Counted from the stretch's first letter, positions 30,909-41,473 are shown. The stretch: DNA of 64,000 nt from an uncultured Clostridia bacterium (GCA_944387475.1 CALXFB010000001.1:27436-91435); one strand, 5' to 3'. Notes: generated by a model not told the origin, from the letters alone. Made by a program: numbers and translations.

Positions 30909-31064
30909 TGGCTGGCTTCTCGCTGTGTCAACACCAATTCTGACAATTGCAACTTCAATGTTGGAGCAGTCTTTGAGGGTACTGCAGGACCTGAAGGTAA
31001 CAACTTGTTTAACTCTGATGGCAACGAGAACTTGAACAGTTATGCCGTTCGCCCCGTAGCTTCT
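30909..31064 (+). repeat. DGR template repeat (TR)
   Basis: In the same reading register as the VR. Rich in AAC/AAT codons (..CVNTNSDNCNFNVGAVFEGTAGPEGNNLFNSDGNENLNSYAVRPV..). ORF 30849-31160 is just this repeat read through. Confidence 0.85.
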
Positions 31065-31217
31065 ATACACTGTGGTTATGCAAGTAATGCTTGTATAAGA
31101 GATAATATAGAAACAAACCATTATCCTTTCGCATATGATTATGTGATAAATAAAAAATAGATAGCCATATTTGTAAGTAAGAAAAATCGAAAGGGAGTAT
31201 GTCTTATAACTATTTTT

Positions 31218-31248
31218 ACAGTAGCAGATAAATTGCTACTGTTTTTTT
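31218..31248 (+). terminator. strong rho-independent terminator closing the TR transcription unit
   Basis: ACAGTAGCA-gataaat-TGCTACTGT + TTTTTT. Confidence 0.75.
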
Positions 31249-31336
31249 GGAAAAATATTTAGTATTAAGTGTAGATTTTTAAAAAACGTTATGATAAAAT
31301 ACATAGCAAAGGTGAAGAAAAAAATGGAGGATTAAA

Positions 31337-33736
31337 ATGGGAAATATAGTATTGCTAGATGAATTAACAATAAATAAAATAGCAGCAGGAGAAGTTATAG
31401 AAAGACCAGCATCAGTAGTTAAAGAAATGGTAGAAAACTCAATAGATGCAGGAGCAAGTTCAATAACTGTTGAAATAAAAAATGGAGGAATATCATGTAT
31501 AAAAGTAAGTGATAATGGAAAAGGAATAGCAAATGATGATTTAGAAATAGCATTTGAAAGACATGCAACAAGTAAAATAAGATCAGCAGATGATTTAGAC
31601 ACAGTAACATCTATGGGGTTTAGAGGAGAGGCATTAGCAAGTATTGCAGCAGTTGCAAATGTAGAACTTGTATCAAAAACAGAAGAACAAGAAATAGGAT
31701 ATAAAGTTGTAGTAGAAGCAGGAAATGTACTTGAAAAAGAAGAAGCAGGATGTAGAACAGGAACAACAATAACAGTAAGAAATTTGTTTTTCAATACACC
31801 AGTTAGATATAAATTCTTAAAAAAAGATTATACAGAATCAGGTTATATAGAAGATGCAATAACAAGAATAGCATTAGTAAATCCGAATGTTGCAATAAAA
31901 TTGATAAATACAGGAAAAACTGTAATTCAGACAAATGGAAGTGGAAGCCTAAAAGATGTAATATATAGCATATATGGAAAAGATGTAGCATCAAGCATAT
32001 TAGATGTAAATTACCAATATGAAGATATAACAGTATCAGGGGCAATAGGAAAACCAGAGATTGCAAGATCAAATAGAACACAACAATTATTTTTTGTAAA
32101 TAAAAGATATGTAAAAGATAAAACTTTAACAGCAGCAACAGAACAAAGTTATAAAGGCTTAATACCAATAGGAAAATTTGGGTTTGTTGTATTAAATATA
32201 GAAATGAATCCAGCAAAAGTAGATGTAAATGTACATCCAGCAAAATTAGAAGTAAGATTTCAAGAAGAAAATAAAATATTCCAAGCAGTATATCATGCAA
32301 TAAAAGAAACATTATTAAAAGGAGAATTAGTAGCAGACCCAGAGAAAAATTTAAAAAATGCTAATAACGATAAAGAAAAAACAACAGATAGAAGTATAGG
32401 AAGCTTTGAAGAAAGGTTAAAAAACTTAAGAGAAGCAAAAAAAGAAACAAGCCAAGGAGGGTTATTCGGATTTAGAAAACAAAATGAAAAACAAATAGAA
32501 AAATACACAGAAGAAGAAAGTAAAATAAAAACAAATATATTAGAAGATGTTTATAATAGTAAAAATAAAAATGAAAACGAAGAAAAAAATGAACAAGAAG
32601 ACGAAAATGGAATAACATATGAAATAGGAAATAAAAACGAAAAAAATGATATAAAATTAGGTACACCAATAGACACAACAGATGTATTAGAACAACTAAA
32701 AAAGATGAGAGCAAAAATAGAAGACGAAATAAAGGCTAGTGGAAATATAAGGTTAGAAGAAAAAAATGAAGAGTATAAATTAGAAACAAATGGTGAAAAT
32801 GGAGAAGGATTTATAAATATTAAAGAAAATGAAAAAGAAGAGAAAAAAGAGGAAGAAAAAGAAGAAATAACTAAAGAGCAAAAAGAAAAAATAGATAAAG
32901 TAAATGATGTATTAGAAAATATAGATAATAAAGAAATAAAAGAAGAATTCGGCGAAATAAAACAAAAGATGGAAGAATTAAATAATAATCCTAAAGTTGT
33001 ATCAGAAGACTTTGATGAAATGTATAGAAAATTATTCGGAAGGGCACCAATAGGAAACAAAGAGGAAGAGAAAAAAGAAGAAAAAGAAGATAAAAATAAT
33101 GCAATAGATATAGTAAAAAGCAATATATCAATGTTTGATGCAGAAGAAAAATATCAAAAACCAACATATAAATTTATAGGCATAATATTTAAAACATACA
33201 TAATCTTAGAAATAGGAGAAGAAATGTATATATTAGACCAACATGCAGCACATGAAAGAATATTATATGAAAAAGTAAAAGAAAATTATTATAGTGATGA
33301 AGTAAAAGACTCACAATTGATGTTAATACCAGATGTAATAACATTATCACATAAAGAAATGGACATAGCAAAAGAAAATATACCAATGTTTGAAAAAGCA
33401 GGATTCACATTAGAAGAATTTGGAGAAAACACAATAAAATTAACAGGAGTACCAACTGTATGTATAGATCTAAATACAAAAGAGCTATTTTTAGAAACAT
33501 TAGATGAAATAAATACAGTAGCAAGAACAGCAAAACAAGAAAAAGAAGAAAAATTTATAGCGACAGTAGCATGTAAAGCAGCAGTAAAAGCTAATATGGC
33601 ATTAACAGAAGAAGAAGTAGAAAAACTAATGGACGAATTATTAAAACTACCTAATCCATTTACTTGCCCACATGGAAGACCAACAGTTATAAAAATGACA
33701 AAATATGATATAGAAAGAAAATTTGCAAGAAAGTAG
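31337..33736 (+). CDS. mutL: DNA mismatch repair protein MutL with an unusually long Lys/Glu/Asn-rich linker
   Basis: LDELTINKIAAGEVIERPASVVKEMVENSIDAGA at the N-terminus. C-terminal dimerisation/endonuclease region ILDQHAAHERILYE ... CPHGRP. Confidence 0.9.
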   Translation: MGNIVLLDELTINKIAAGEVIERPASVVKEMVENSIDAGASSITVEIKNGGISCIKVSDNGKGIANDDLEIAFERHATSKIRSADDLDTVTSMGFRGEALASIAAVANVELVSKTEEQEIGYKVVVEAGNVLEKEEAGCRTGTTITVRNLFFNTPVRYKFLKKDYTESGYIEDAITRIALVNPNVAIKLINTGKTVIQTNGSGSLKDVIYSIYGKDVASSILDVNYQYEDITVSGAIGKPEIARSNRTQQLFFVNKRYVKDKTLTAATEQSYKGLIPIGKFGFVVLNIEMNPAKVDVNVHPAKLEVRFQEENKIFQAVYHAIKETLLKGELVADPEKNLKNANNDKEKTTDRSIGSFEERLKNLREAKKETSQGGLFGFRKQNEKQIEKYTEEESKIKTNILEDVYNSKNKNENEEKNEQEDENGITYEIGNKNEKNDIKLGTPIDTTDVLEQLKKMRAKIEDEIKASGNIRLEEKNEEYKLETNGENGEGFINIKENEKEEKKEEEKEEITKEQKEKIDKVNDVLENIDNKEIKEEFGEIKQKMEELNNNPKVVSEDFDEMYRKLFGRAPIGNKEEEKKEEKEDKNNAIDIVKSNISMFDAEEKYQKPTYKFIGIIFKTYIILEIGEEMYILDQHAAHERILYEKVKENYYSDEVKDSQLMLIPDVITLSHKEMDIAKENIPMFEKAGFTLEEFGENTIKLTGVPTVCIDLNTKELFLETLDEINTVARTAKQEKEEKFIATVACKAAVKANMALTEEEVEKLMDELLKLPNPFTCPHGRPTVIKMTKYDIERKFARK

Positions 33737-34181
33737 AGGTAAACAAAAGAAAATGGCACTTATTATAATAGGAATAATACTAATATATTTATTAGTAGTA
33801 ATATGGACATGGACAAGTTTAGAAGATATTGAAAAGAAAAGCAAAATACTAATAATATTTATAGGAATAATTGTAGTGTTTTTGGTAACACAAATTGTAT
33901 TTAGTATTTCAAAAAATGGAATAGTGTATGGAAATGAGGATATAGAAAAAAGTATATCAATAGTAATAATGTTATTATTTACTGGAATAAATTCATTATT
34001 ATTACCATTCCTTGGAAGAAATTTAAAAAGAAGAGCAGATGGAGAAATAGATAATAATATTTTAAAGTTAAGAATTATAATAATATTAGTAATATTTTTA
34101 ATGTGTCTATTTTTAGAATGTGGATATATGAAAGATATACAAGAAGGAATATTAAATATATATAAATCAAATGTAAAATAG
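33723..34181 (+). CDS. integral membrane protein, unknown function (start possibly ATG 33753)
   Basis: 152 aa with four hydrophobic helices. Overlaps the mutL 3' end. Confidence 0.45.
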   Translation: MQESRGKQKKMALIIIGIILIYLLVVIWTWTSLEDIEKKSKILIIFIGIIVVFLVTQIVFSISKNGIVYGNEDIEKSISIVIMLLFTGINSLLLPFLGRNLKRRADGEIDNNILKLRIIIILVIFLMCLFLECGYMKDIQEGILNIYKSNVK

Positions 34182-34206
34182 AAAATAAACAAGCAAAAAG
34201 AAAGAT

Positions 34207-35131
34207 GTGAAAATAATGAAAAGAAAAAAAGTAATTGTAATATGTGGACCAACAGCATCAGGAAAAACAGCATTATCAATAGAACTTGCAAAAAAAATAA
34301 ATGGAGAAATTGTATCTTGTGACTCTATGCAAATATATAAAGAAATGAATATAGGAACAGCAAAACCAGATAAGGAGGAAATGCAAGGGATAAAACATTA
34401 TATGATAGATATAATAGCTCCAGATGAAAGATTTAGTGTAGCAGATTATAAAGTTCAAGCAAAAGAAGCAATAAGAAAAATAATAGAAAAAGGAAAAACA
34501 CCAATAGTAGTAGGAGGAACAGGACTTTACGTAGATAGCTTAATATATGAAATAGAATACCCTAAAATAGAATTTGATGAAAAATACAGAGAAAAATTAG
34601 AAAAAGAAGTAGAAGAAAAAGGTTTAGATAATTTATATGAAAAAGCAAAAAAGATAGATAAAAAAGCAATAGAAAAAATAAGTAGAAATGATAAAAAAAG
34701 AATATTAAGAATATTAGAAATATATCATGCAACAGGAAAAACAAAAACAGAGCAAGAAATAGAATCAAGAAAAAACAAGCCAGAATTTTTATATAAAGTA
34801 TATGCTTTAAATATGGATAGAGAAAAATTATATGATAGAATAAATAAAAGAGTAGATATAATGATAGAAAAAGGCTTAATAAAAGAAGTAGAAGGAATTT
34901 ATAAAAAATATAATAAATTTCCAACAGCAATGCAAGGACTTCGGATATAAAGAAGTTGTAGAATATTTAGAAAAAAAACTTACAAAAGAAGAAATGATAG
35001 AAAAAATAAAACAAGAAAGTAGAAGATATGCAAAAAGACAATTAACATGGTTTAGAAAAAACAAAGAAACAATATGGCTTGATGCAGAAGATGGAATACA
35101 AAATAATATAAAAATTATTTTGGAGGGTTGA
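34207..35131 (+). CDS. miaA: tRNA dimethylallyltransferase MiaA; needs a +1 shift at CGG 34942-34944
   Basis: P-loop CGPTASGKT. The 0 frame ends ...AMQGLRI*. Skipping C34942 gives ...[45 protein letters not shown]...ILEG* (conserved GYKE and RRYAKRQ.TWF). Confidence 0.9.
34942..34944 (+). other. in-frame CGG at a +1 frameshift site (CTT CGG A -> CTT [C] GGA)
   Basis: 34207 and 34942 are in the same frame. The +1 continuation is open for 62 codons to TGA 35129-35131. Confidence 0.9.
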
Positions 35132-36418
35132 TTTTGAAAAAACAGGAGAAAAAAGGAAAACAAATAAAAAAAGAAAAGAAAAAACTAAATAACAAAAAAG
35201 TAATAGTATTTTCTGTACTCCTTTTGATATTAGTTAGTTATCTAATATATGTTATATATTTGTTAATAAAGCAACCAACAAACGTATTTACAGTAGAAAA
35301 TGGAAAATTATATCAAGAAGAAACAGATATAGGTTATGTTATTAGAAATGAAAAAGTAGTAAAAGGACAAAATTATAAAAATGGAATGGAACAAATAATA
35401 GCAGAAGGAGAAAGAGCAGCTGTAAATGAAAATATATTTAGATATTATAGTATAAATGAAGAAAACTTAAAAAATAAGATTTCAGAATTAGACACAAAAA
35501 TTCAAGTAGCAATGGCAGAAAATACACAAATATCAAGCTCACCAGACATAAAATTATTAGAAGATCAAATAGATGAGCAAATAGAAAATATAAATAAAAT
35601 TACAGATATATCAAAATTGGAAGAAGAAAAAAAGCAAATAGATAATTTAGTAAGTAAGAAAGCAAAAATAGCAGGAGAAACGAGCCCACAAGGTTCATAT
35701 TTGAGAGATTTAATAGAAGAAAGAAAAGAATATGAGTCACAATTAAACTCACGGAGCAGAATATGTAAAAGCACCAATTAGTGGGATAGTATCATATAGA
35801 GTAGATGGGTTAGAAGAAGTGTTGACACCAGATAATTTTAGCAATCTAAATAAAGAATTTTTAGAAAACCTAGATTTAAGTACAGGAAAAATAGTAGCAA
35901 CAAATACCGAAGCAGGAAAAGTAATAGATAACTTTTATTGTTATATAGCAACAATAACATCATCAGAAGAAGCAAAACAAGCAAAAGTAGGAGATAATGT
36001 AAAAGTAAGATTATCAAACAATATAGAAGTAGGAGCAGAAACAACAAATGTAATAAAAGAAGACGATGGGGATATAATATTAATTTTAAGATTAACAGAG
36101 CAAATAGAAGAACTAATAAATTATAGAAAAATAACATTTGATTTAATCTGGTGGGATGCTGAAGGGTTAAAAGTACCAAATAAAGCAATTGTAAAAGAAG
36201 GAGAATTGAATTATGTAGTAAGAAACAGAGCAGGATATTTAAGTAAAATACTAGTAAAAGTAAGAAAGGAAGGAGAAAAATATTCTATAATAGATTCTTA
36301 CACAACAGAAGAATTAAGAAAATTAGGTTTTAAGGATGACGAAATAATAAATTATAAAAAAATATCTTTATATGATGAAATATTGATAAATCCAGATTTA
36401 AGTAAAATAGAAGAGTAA
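35128..36418 (+). CDS. HlyD-like membrane-fusion/coiled-coil protein; needs a +1 shift at CGG 35752-35754
   Basis: N-terminal TM helix plus coiled coil. The 0 frame ends ...SQLNSRSRICKSTN*. Skipping C35752 gives ...SQLNSGAEYVKAPISGIVSYRVDGLEEVLTPDNF..., which joins ORF 35819-36418. Confidence 0.65.
35752..35754 (+). other. in-frame CGG at a +1 frameshift site (TCA CGG A -> TCA [C] GGA)
   Basis: 35128 and 35752 are in the same frame. The +1 frame equals the frame of ORF 35819-36418. Confidence 0.8.
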
Positions 36419-36423
36419 GCATG

Positions 36424-36492
36424 CTGTTTTTGGGGACGGGGTAAAAAAACAGCAAAGGAAAAACTGTTTTTTTACCCCGTCCTGAAAAACAG
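36424..36492. repeat. Two inverted copies of the family-A hairpin repeat (CTGTTTTT-stem subtype)
   Basis: 36424-36452 is CTGTTTTTGGGGACGGGGTAAAAAAACAG. 36464-36492 is CTGTTTTTTTACCCCGTCCTGAAAAACAG. Confidence 0.8.
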
Positions 36493-36631
36493 TTTAAATG
36501 TTACAAAAATGTTACAAAAATATTAAAAATTAAAAACATTCATAAAAAATATTGACAAATTAAGAAAAAAAGTGGATACTTAAATACGTAAAAGAAAATA
36601 AACAAAGGAAGTAAATTTAGGAGGTTTTTTT

Positions 36632-37126
36632 ATGTCAGGAGCATTAATGAACAAAGTATTTGATTTATTCGGAATGGATAGAGCAGAAGAAGAGGATTAC
36701 GAGAATGAGGATGTATATGACTACGAAGATGAGGAAGAAGAACAAGAAGAAAGAGGTTTTTTCGGTAGAAAAAATAGAGAAAATAGTAAAGTTGTAAATA
36801 TGCCTCAAGCACAAACAAATGCTAATGCAATTAAAATGGTAATATCACAACCAACATCTTTTGAACAATCAGATGAAATTTGTTCTTTCTTAAAAGAAAG
36901 AAAATCTGTAATTGTTAATTTAGAATATGTAAATAAAGATGTAGCAAGAAGAATAGTAGATTTTATTAGTGGTGGAGTATATGCGTTAGATGGATATATC
37001 CAAAAAGTTTCTAATTCTATATTCTTAGTTGCACCATCAAACTATGAAATTACAAATGAAATGGCAAGAGAAGAAATGAAAAACAAATTATCAGTTTCAT
37101 GGCTTAAAAATAATGGGATTAATTAA
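36632..37126 (+). CDS. sepF: cell division protein SepF
   Basis: KMVISQPTSFEQSDEICSFLKERKSVIVNLEYVNKDVARRIVDFISGGVYALDGYIQKVSNSIFLVAP. Confidence 0.9.
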   Translation: MSGALMNKVFDLFGMDRAEEEDYENEDVYDYEDEEEEQEERGFFGRKNRENSKVVNMPQAQTNANAIKMVISQPTSFEQSDEICSFLKERKSVIVNLEYVNKDVARRIVDFISGGVYALDGYIQKVSNSIFLVAPSNYEITNEMAREEMKNKLSVSWLKNNGIN

Positions 37127-37197
37127 ATGAATTTAAAAATCAAACAAAAAAAGGCAGATTGATTAATAGTAAAAGGTATCCATGAAGGAGGAAAATA

Positions 37198-37656
37198 ATG
37201 ATTACACCATTAGATATAGAGAATAAAAGATTTGCAAAACAAATGATGAATGGATATAGTGTAGAAGAAGTAGATGATTTTTTAGATGATTTAACAGCTG
37301 ATTATTCTAAAAATTATAAAGAAAATGCAGAATTAAGAGCTAAAGTTGAAGAATTGACTAAAAGTATCGAACATTATAAAAATATAGAAACTACACTTAA
37401 TAATACTTTAGTTATGGCGCAAACAACAGCTGAAGATATTAAAAAAGTAGCACAACAACAAGCAGAACAAATAGTAAATGAAGCTAAATCAAATGCTCAA
37501 AAACAAGTAGATGATTTAAACAGTGAATTAGTTGTAAAAACTAAAGAAATTGAAGATGTAAAAAAACAATTTGATATATATAAAGCAAAAATGGAATCAC
37601 TTTTAATATCTCAATTAGAATTATTAAAAGATATAAATAAAGAAGATAATGTATGA
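37198..37656 (+). CDS. divIVA: DivIVA-domain cell division protein
   Basis: MITPLDIENKRFAKQMMNGYSVEEVDDFLD followed by a coiled coil. Confidence 0.9.
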   Translation: MITPLDIENKRFAKQMMNGYSVEEVDDFLDDLTADYSKNYKENAELRAKVEELTKSIEHYKNIETTLNNTLVMAQTTAEDIKKVAQQQAEQIVNEAKSNAQKQVDDLNSELVVKTKEIEDVKKQFDIYKAKMESLLISQLELLKDINKEDNV

Positions 37657-37686
37657 GACAAAAAGGGACGGAGATTTTTTGTCTCA
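37654..37686 (+). repeat. family-A hairpin repeat overlapping the divIVA stop codon; likely also its terminator
   Basis: TGAGACAAAAAGGGACGGAGATTTTTTGTCTCA followed by TTTT. Confidence 0.8.
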
Positions 37687-37878
37687 TTTTCCGGTGATAA
37701 TTTATAAAATAATAAAGAAAAATAGTAAAATATAGAAAATAGTAAGTTTATCTTGCTATTTTTTGCTAATTATGTGATAATGTTACAGAACTGTTAAATA
37801 TATGTTACATTTCTATTAATAGTATTGACCGTTTTAGAAAAAAAGAATAAAATAGTATCATAAATAAAGGGGCTTGAT

Positions 37879-38427
37879 ATGAGAATAATAAGTGGAAAAG
37901 CAAGAGGAACTAAATTATATACATTAGAAGGAAATTTGACTCGTCCAACATTAGATAGAGTAAAAGAATCACTGTTTAATATATTACAAAATGATATTAG
38001 TGACTGCGTTTTTTTAGATATGTTTTCAGGAAGTGGAGCAATAGGATTAGAAGCAGCAAGTAGAGGTGCAAAAAAAGTAATTCTTTGTGATAAGAATAAA
38101 CAAGCAATAGAAATTATTGAGAAAAACATACAAAAGACACATTTAGAAAATAATGTGGTTTTATATAAAAAAGACTTTGAAAACATGTTGGATAATTTAA
38201 ATGAAAAAATAGATATAGTTTATATTGATCCACCTTATAAAACAGATTTAGCCTATAAAGCGGTAAAAAAGTTACTAGATAGTAATTTATTAACATATAA
38301 TACCTTAGTAATAATAGAAACAGATGAAGAAGAAAGAATATTAGAACAAATAAAAGAGTTAAAAATAAAAGTTGTAAATAAGAGAAAATATGGTCGAATA
38401 CATCTTATTTTTATAAATAGGAGTTAG
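37879..38427 (+). CDS. rsmD: 16S rRNA (guanine966-N2)-methyltransferase RsmD
   Basis: MRIISGKARGTKL, LDMFSGSGAIGLEAASRGA, YIDPPY. Confidence 0.85.
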   Translation: MRIISGKARGTKLYTLEGNLTRPTLDRVKESLFNILQNDISDCVFLDMFSGSGAIGLEAASRGAKKVILCDKNKQAIEIIEKNIQKTHLENNVVLYKKDFENMLDNLNEKIDIVYIDPPYKTDLAYKAVKKLLDSNLLTYNTLVIIETDEEERILEQIKELKIKVVNKRKYGRIHLIFINRS

Positions 38428-38442
38428 GAAAGGGGTAAAACC

Positions 38443-38946
38443 ATGGAAATTTTTACATTATTGGAAACTTTGGAGGATTTATTAGAAAATAGCAAAAATC
38501 TCCCATTTACATCAAAAGGAATAATTGATAAAGAAGAAATGTTAGACATTATAAAAGAAATTAGGATAAAGCTTCCAGATGAGCTAAAACAAGCTAAATG
38601 GGTAAAAGAAGAAAGACAAAGAATATTAGTAGAAGCACAAAAAGAAGCTGACGGAATAGTAAAAGAAGCAGAAAATAGAATAATTGCAATGGTGGATGAA
38701 CATGAGATAACAAGAAAAGCATATGATCAAAAAACAGAAATAATAGAAACAGCAAATGAGATGTCAAGAGAAATATCAAAAGGAACAAAAGAATATGCAG
38801 ATAGTTTGTTAGCAAATACAGAAGATGTATTAACAGAAACATTAAATAAATTAGGCTCTAACATGTCAGAAGCTTTAAACCTTATGCAAATATCATTAGA
38901 AGATACGATAAAAACAATTCAAAATAGTAGAAAAGAATTAAAGTAG
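38443..38946 (+). CDS. hypothetical coiled-coil protein (ATPase subunit b/H-like)
   Basis: 167 aa, helical and Glu/Lys-rich. No catalytic motif. Confidence 0.4.
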   Translation: MEIFTLLETLEDLLENSKNLPFTSKGIIDKEEMLDIIKEIRIKLPDELKQAKWVKEERQRILVEAQKEADGIVKEAENRIIAMVDEHEITRKAYDQKTEIIETANEMSREISKGTKEYADSLLANTEDVLTETLNKLGSNMSEALNLMQISLEDTIKTIQNSRKELK

Positions 38947-38954
38947 AACAAAAG

Positions 38955-38996
38955 AAGTCAGATTTGGAAATTTTTATTTAAAAATCTGACTTTTTA
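38955..38996 (+). terminator. hairpin terminator
   Basis: AAGTCAGATTT-(17 nt)-AAATCTGACTT + TTT. Confidence 0.55.
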
Positions 38997-39011
38997 AGGA
39001 TTAAAGAAAGG

Positions 39012-41445
39012 ATGGTAAAAATGGCTAAAAAAAGAAGATATAAAAAAAGAAAGAAAACAGCCTCTAAGTTAGATATAGCAGTAGTTACACTAATAGTACT
39101 TAGCATACTTTTAGCTGTTTTAATATATACAAAATCAGGAACAGTAGGAATAAAACTAAATGAAATATTAGGTGGAATAATGGGAATAATGCAATATGTA
39201 TTACCAATAGGAGGTTTAGCTATTGCGATAAAATTAGCATCTGAAGGAAGAGAAGAAATAACATCAAAACTTATACAATATGGAATATCACTAGTAGCAT
39301 TAGCTATTGTGTTTAGTGTATTTCAAATATCGAGTGGAGAGTTAGATTCAGGAAAAGAAATGTCTGATGTTGTAAAAGATGCATATTATTACGGTGCTCA
39401 AGGACATGGCGGAGGAGCAATAGGAGCAGTAGGAGGAGTAATTTTAGCAAAACTTTTAGGAAATGTAGGAGCTGTTATTTTCTGTATTGGAATAGCTGTG
39501 ATCTTACTTGTATTTACATTCGGAATAAATTTATCAGATATGATAAATATGTTTATGGATAAAATAGAAGAAAAACGTGAAGAAAGATTTGAAAGAAGAG
39601 AAGAATTAGCAAAAGAAAGAGAAAAAGAAAACTATGAAACACCAAGCCAAAGAAGAAAGAGGATGCGTGAAGAAAGAAAAGCAAAAATTGAAATGGCAAA
39701 ACTAGAAAAAGAAGAAAAAGACCCTATGGAAGATCAAATAAAAATCAACTTTGGTGGAAGAATTGTGGAAACAGCTGATGAAAAACAAGGATTAAAGAAA
39801 TATGATCATTCAAATGATGATTTAGAGCCATTAACAAAAGAAAGTAAGAAAAAATCTATCTTTTCAAAAGAGGAAATACAGCCTGACGTAATAGATAGTA
39901 ATTTATTCAAAGAAGTAGAAGAACAAAAAGAAGATAAGAAAAAAGCAGTATTACAATTAGAACATAGTGTTGTTGTAGAAGATGAGCATTATGAATATCC
40001 ACCAGTGGAACTTTTAAGTAAACCAGGAAAGAAAACTCTAAAAGGTGGAGCAAGGCTACTTACAGATACTGCAACAAAATTACAAAAGACACTTTATAGT
40101 TTTGGTGTTTCTGCAAAAGTTGAAAATGTATCAGTGGGTCCTGCAATTACTCGTTATGAATTAAAACCTGCAGAAGGAGTAAGAGTTAGCAAAATTGCAA
40201 ACCTAGCAGATGACATTGCTTTAAATTTAGCTGCTGAAACAATAAGAATCGAAGCTCCAATACCAGGAAAACAAGCAGTTGGAATAGAAGTTCCTAATAA
40301 AGAAAAAGAAGTAGTTCATTTTAGAGAAATAATAGAAAGCAAAGAATTTAAAGAAAATAAATCAAAATTAACAGTTGGACTTGGAAAAGATGTAGCAGGA
40401 AATGTTCAGCTTGCTGATATTGCAAAAATGCCTCACGTATTAATTGCAGGTTCAACAGGTTCTGGAAAAAGTGTATGTATAAATACAATTATTACAAGTA
40501 TAGTATATAATGCAAAGCCAAGCGAAGTAAAATTTGTAATGGTAGACCCAAAAGTAGTCGAACTTTCTGTATATAATGGAATACCACATCTTTTAATACC
40601 AGTTGTAACAGACCCTAAAAAAGCAGCAGGAGCTTTAGCTTGGGCAGTACAAGAAATGGATGATAGATACAATAAATTTGCAGAAAAAGGAGTAAGAGAC
40701 TTAAAAGGATATAATAAAGCAATTGAAAAAGAAAATGAATTTGGAAAATTACCACAAATAGTAATAATAATAGATGAGCTTGCCGATTTAATGATGGTTG
40801 CAAAAAATGATGTAGAAGATGCAATTTGTAGATTAGCACAAAAAGCAAGAGCAGCTGGAATGCACTTAGTAATTGCAACACAAAGACCTTCTGTTGATGT
40901 AATAACAGGTTTAATTAAAGCAAATGTACCATCAAGAATAGCATTTGCAGTATCATCACAAGTAGATTCAAGAACTATATTAGACACAGTAGGTGCAGAA
41001 AAATTACTTGGAAAAGGTGATATGTTATTCTTCCCAGCAGGAGCACCGAAACCATCAAGAGTACAAGGGGCATTTGTATCAGATGATGAGGTTGAAAAAA
41101 TAGTAAGCTTTATTAAGTCAAATGGAACAGCAACTTACAGTGAAGATATTTTGGAAAGTATAGAAAATAGTAATAAATCTGATAAAGAAATTGCAGAAGC
41201 ACAAGATGATGAAACAGACCCATTTTTAATGGATGCAATACAAACAGTTGTAGAAACAGGACAAGCATCAACATCATTTATACAAAGAAGATTTAAGGTA
41301 GGCTATGCACGTGCTCGGAAGAATTATAGATCAGATGGAAGAGAGAGGAATAATTTCTGGATACCAAGGAAGTAAACCAAGAGAAGTATTAATGACTTTA
41401 GAAAAATTAAATGAGCTAAAAATGGGAACAAAAGAAGAGGCTTAA
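39012..41445 (+). CDS. ftsK: DNA translocase FtsK/SpoIIIE; needs a +1 shift at CGG 41316-41318 (alternative start ATG 39021)
   Basis: Walker A GSTGSGKSV, Walker B IVIIIDELADLM. The 0 frame ends ...RRFKVGYARARKNYRSDGRERNNFWIPRK*. Skipping C41316 gives ...RRFKVGYARAGRIIDQMEERGIISGYQGSKPREVLMTLEKLNELKMGTKEEA* (canonical gamma domain). Confidence 0.9.
41316..41318 (+). other. in-frame CGG at a +1 frameshift site (GCT CGG A -> GCT [C] GGA)
   Basis: 39012 and 41316 are both 0 mod 3. The +1 continuation ends at TAA 41443-41445. Confidence 0.9.
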
Positions 41446-41473
41446 AGAAGGTTACTTAAGGAAGGAATAAAAT

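Noticed and set aside
30849-31160. 103-aa ORF that looks like a second, truncated copy of the upstream surface-protein C-terminus.
   Set aside because: It has no RBS or start context, and its similarity to the upstream gene is confined to the 156-bp repeat. It is better explained as the non-coding DGR template repeat read in the VR register.
28958-31336. Search for a reverse transcriptase or Avd gene flanking the DGR repeats.
   Set aside because: There is no ORF of adequate length on either strand, apart from the target gene and antisense shadows, and no Y-x-D-D-containing translation anywhere in the window. This is reported as an absence, not as a feature.
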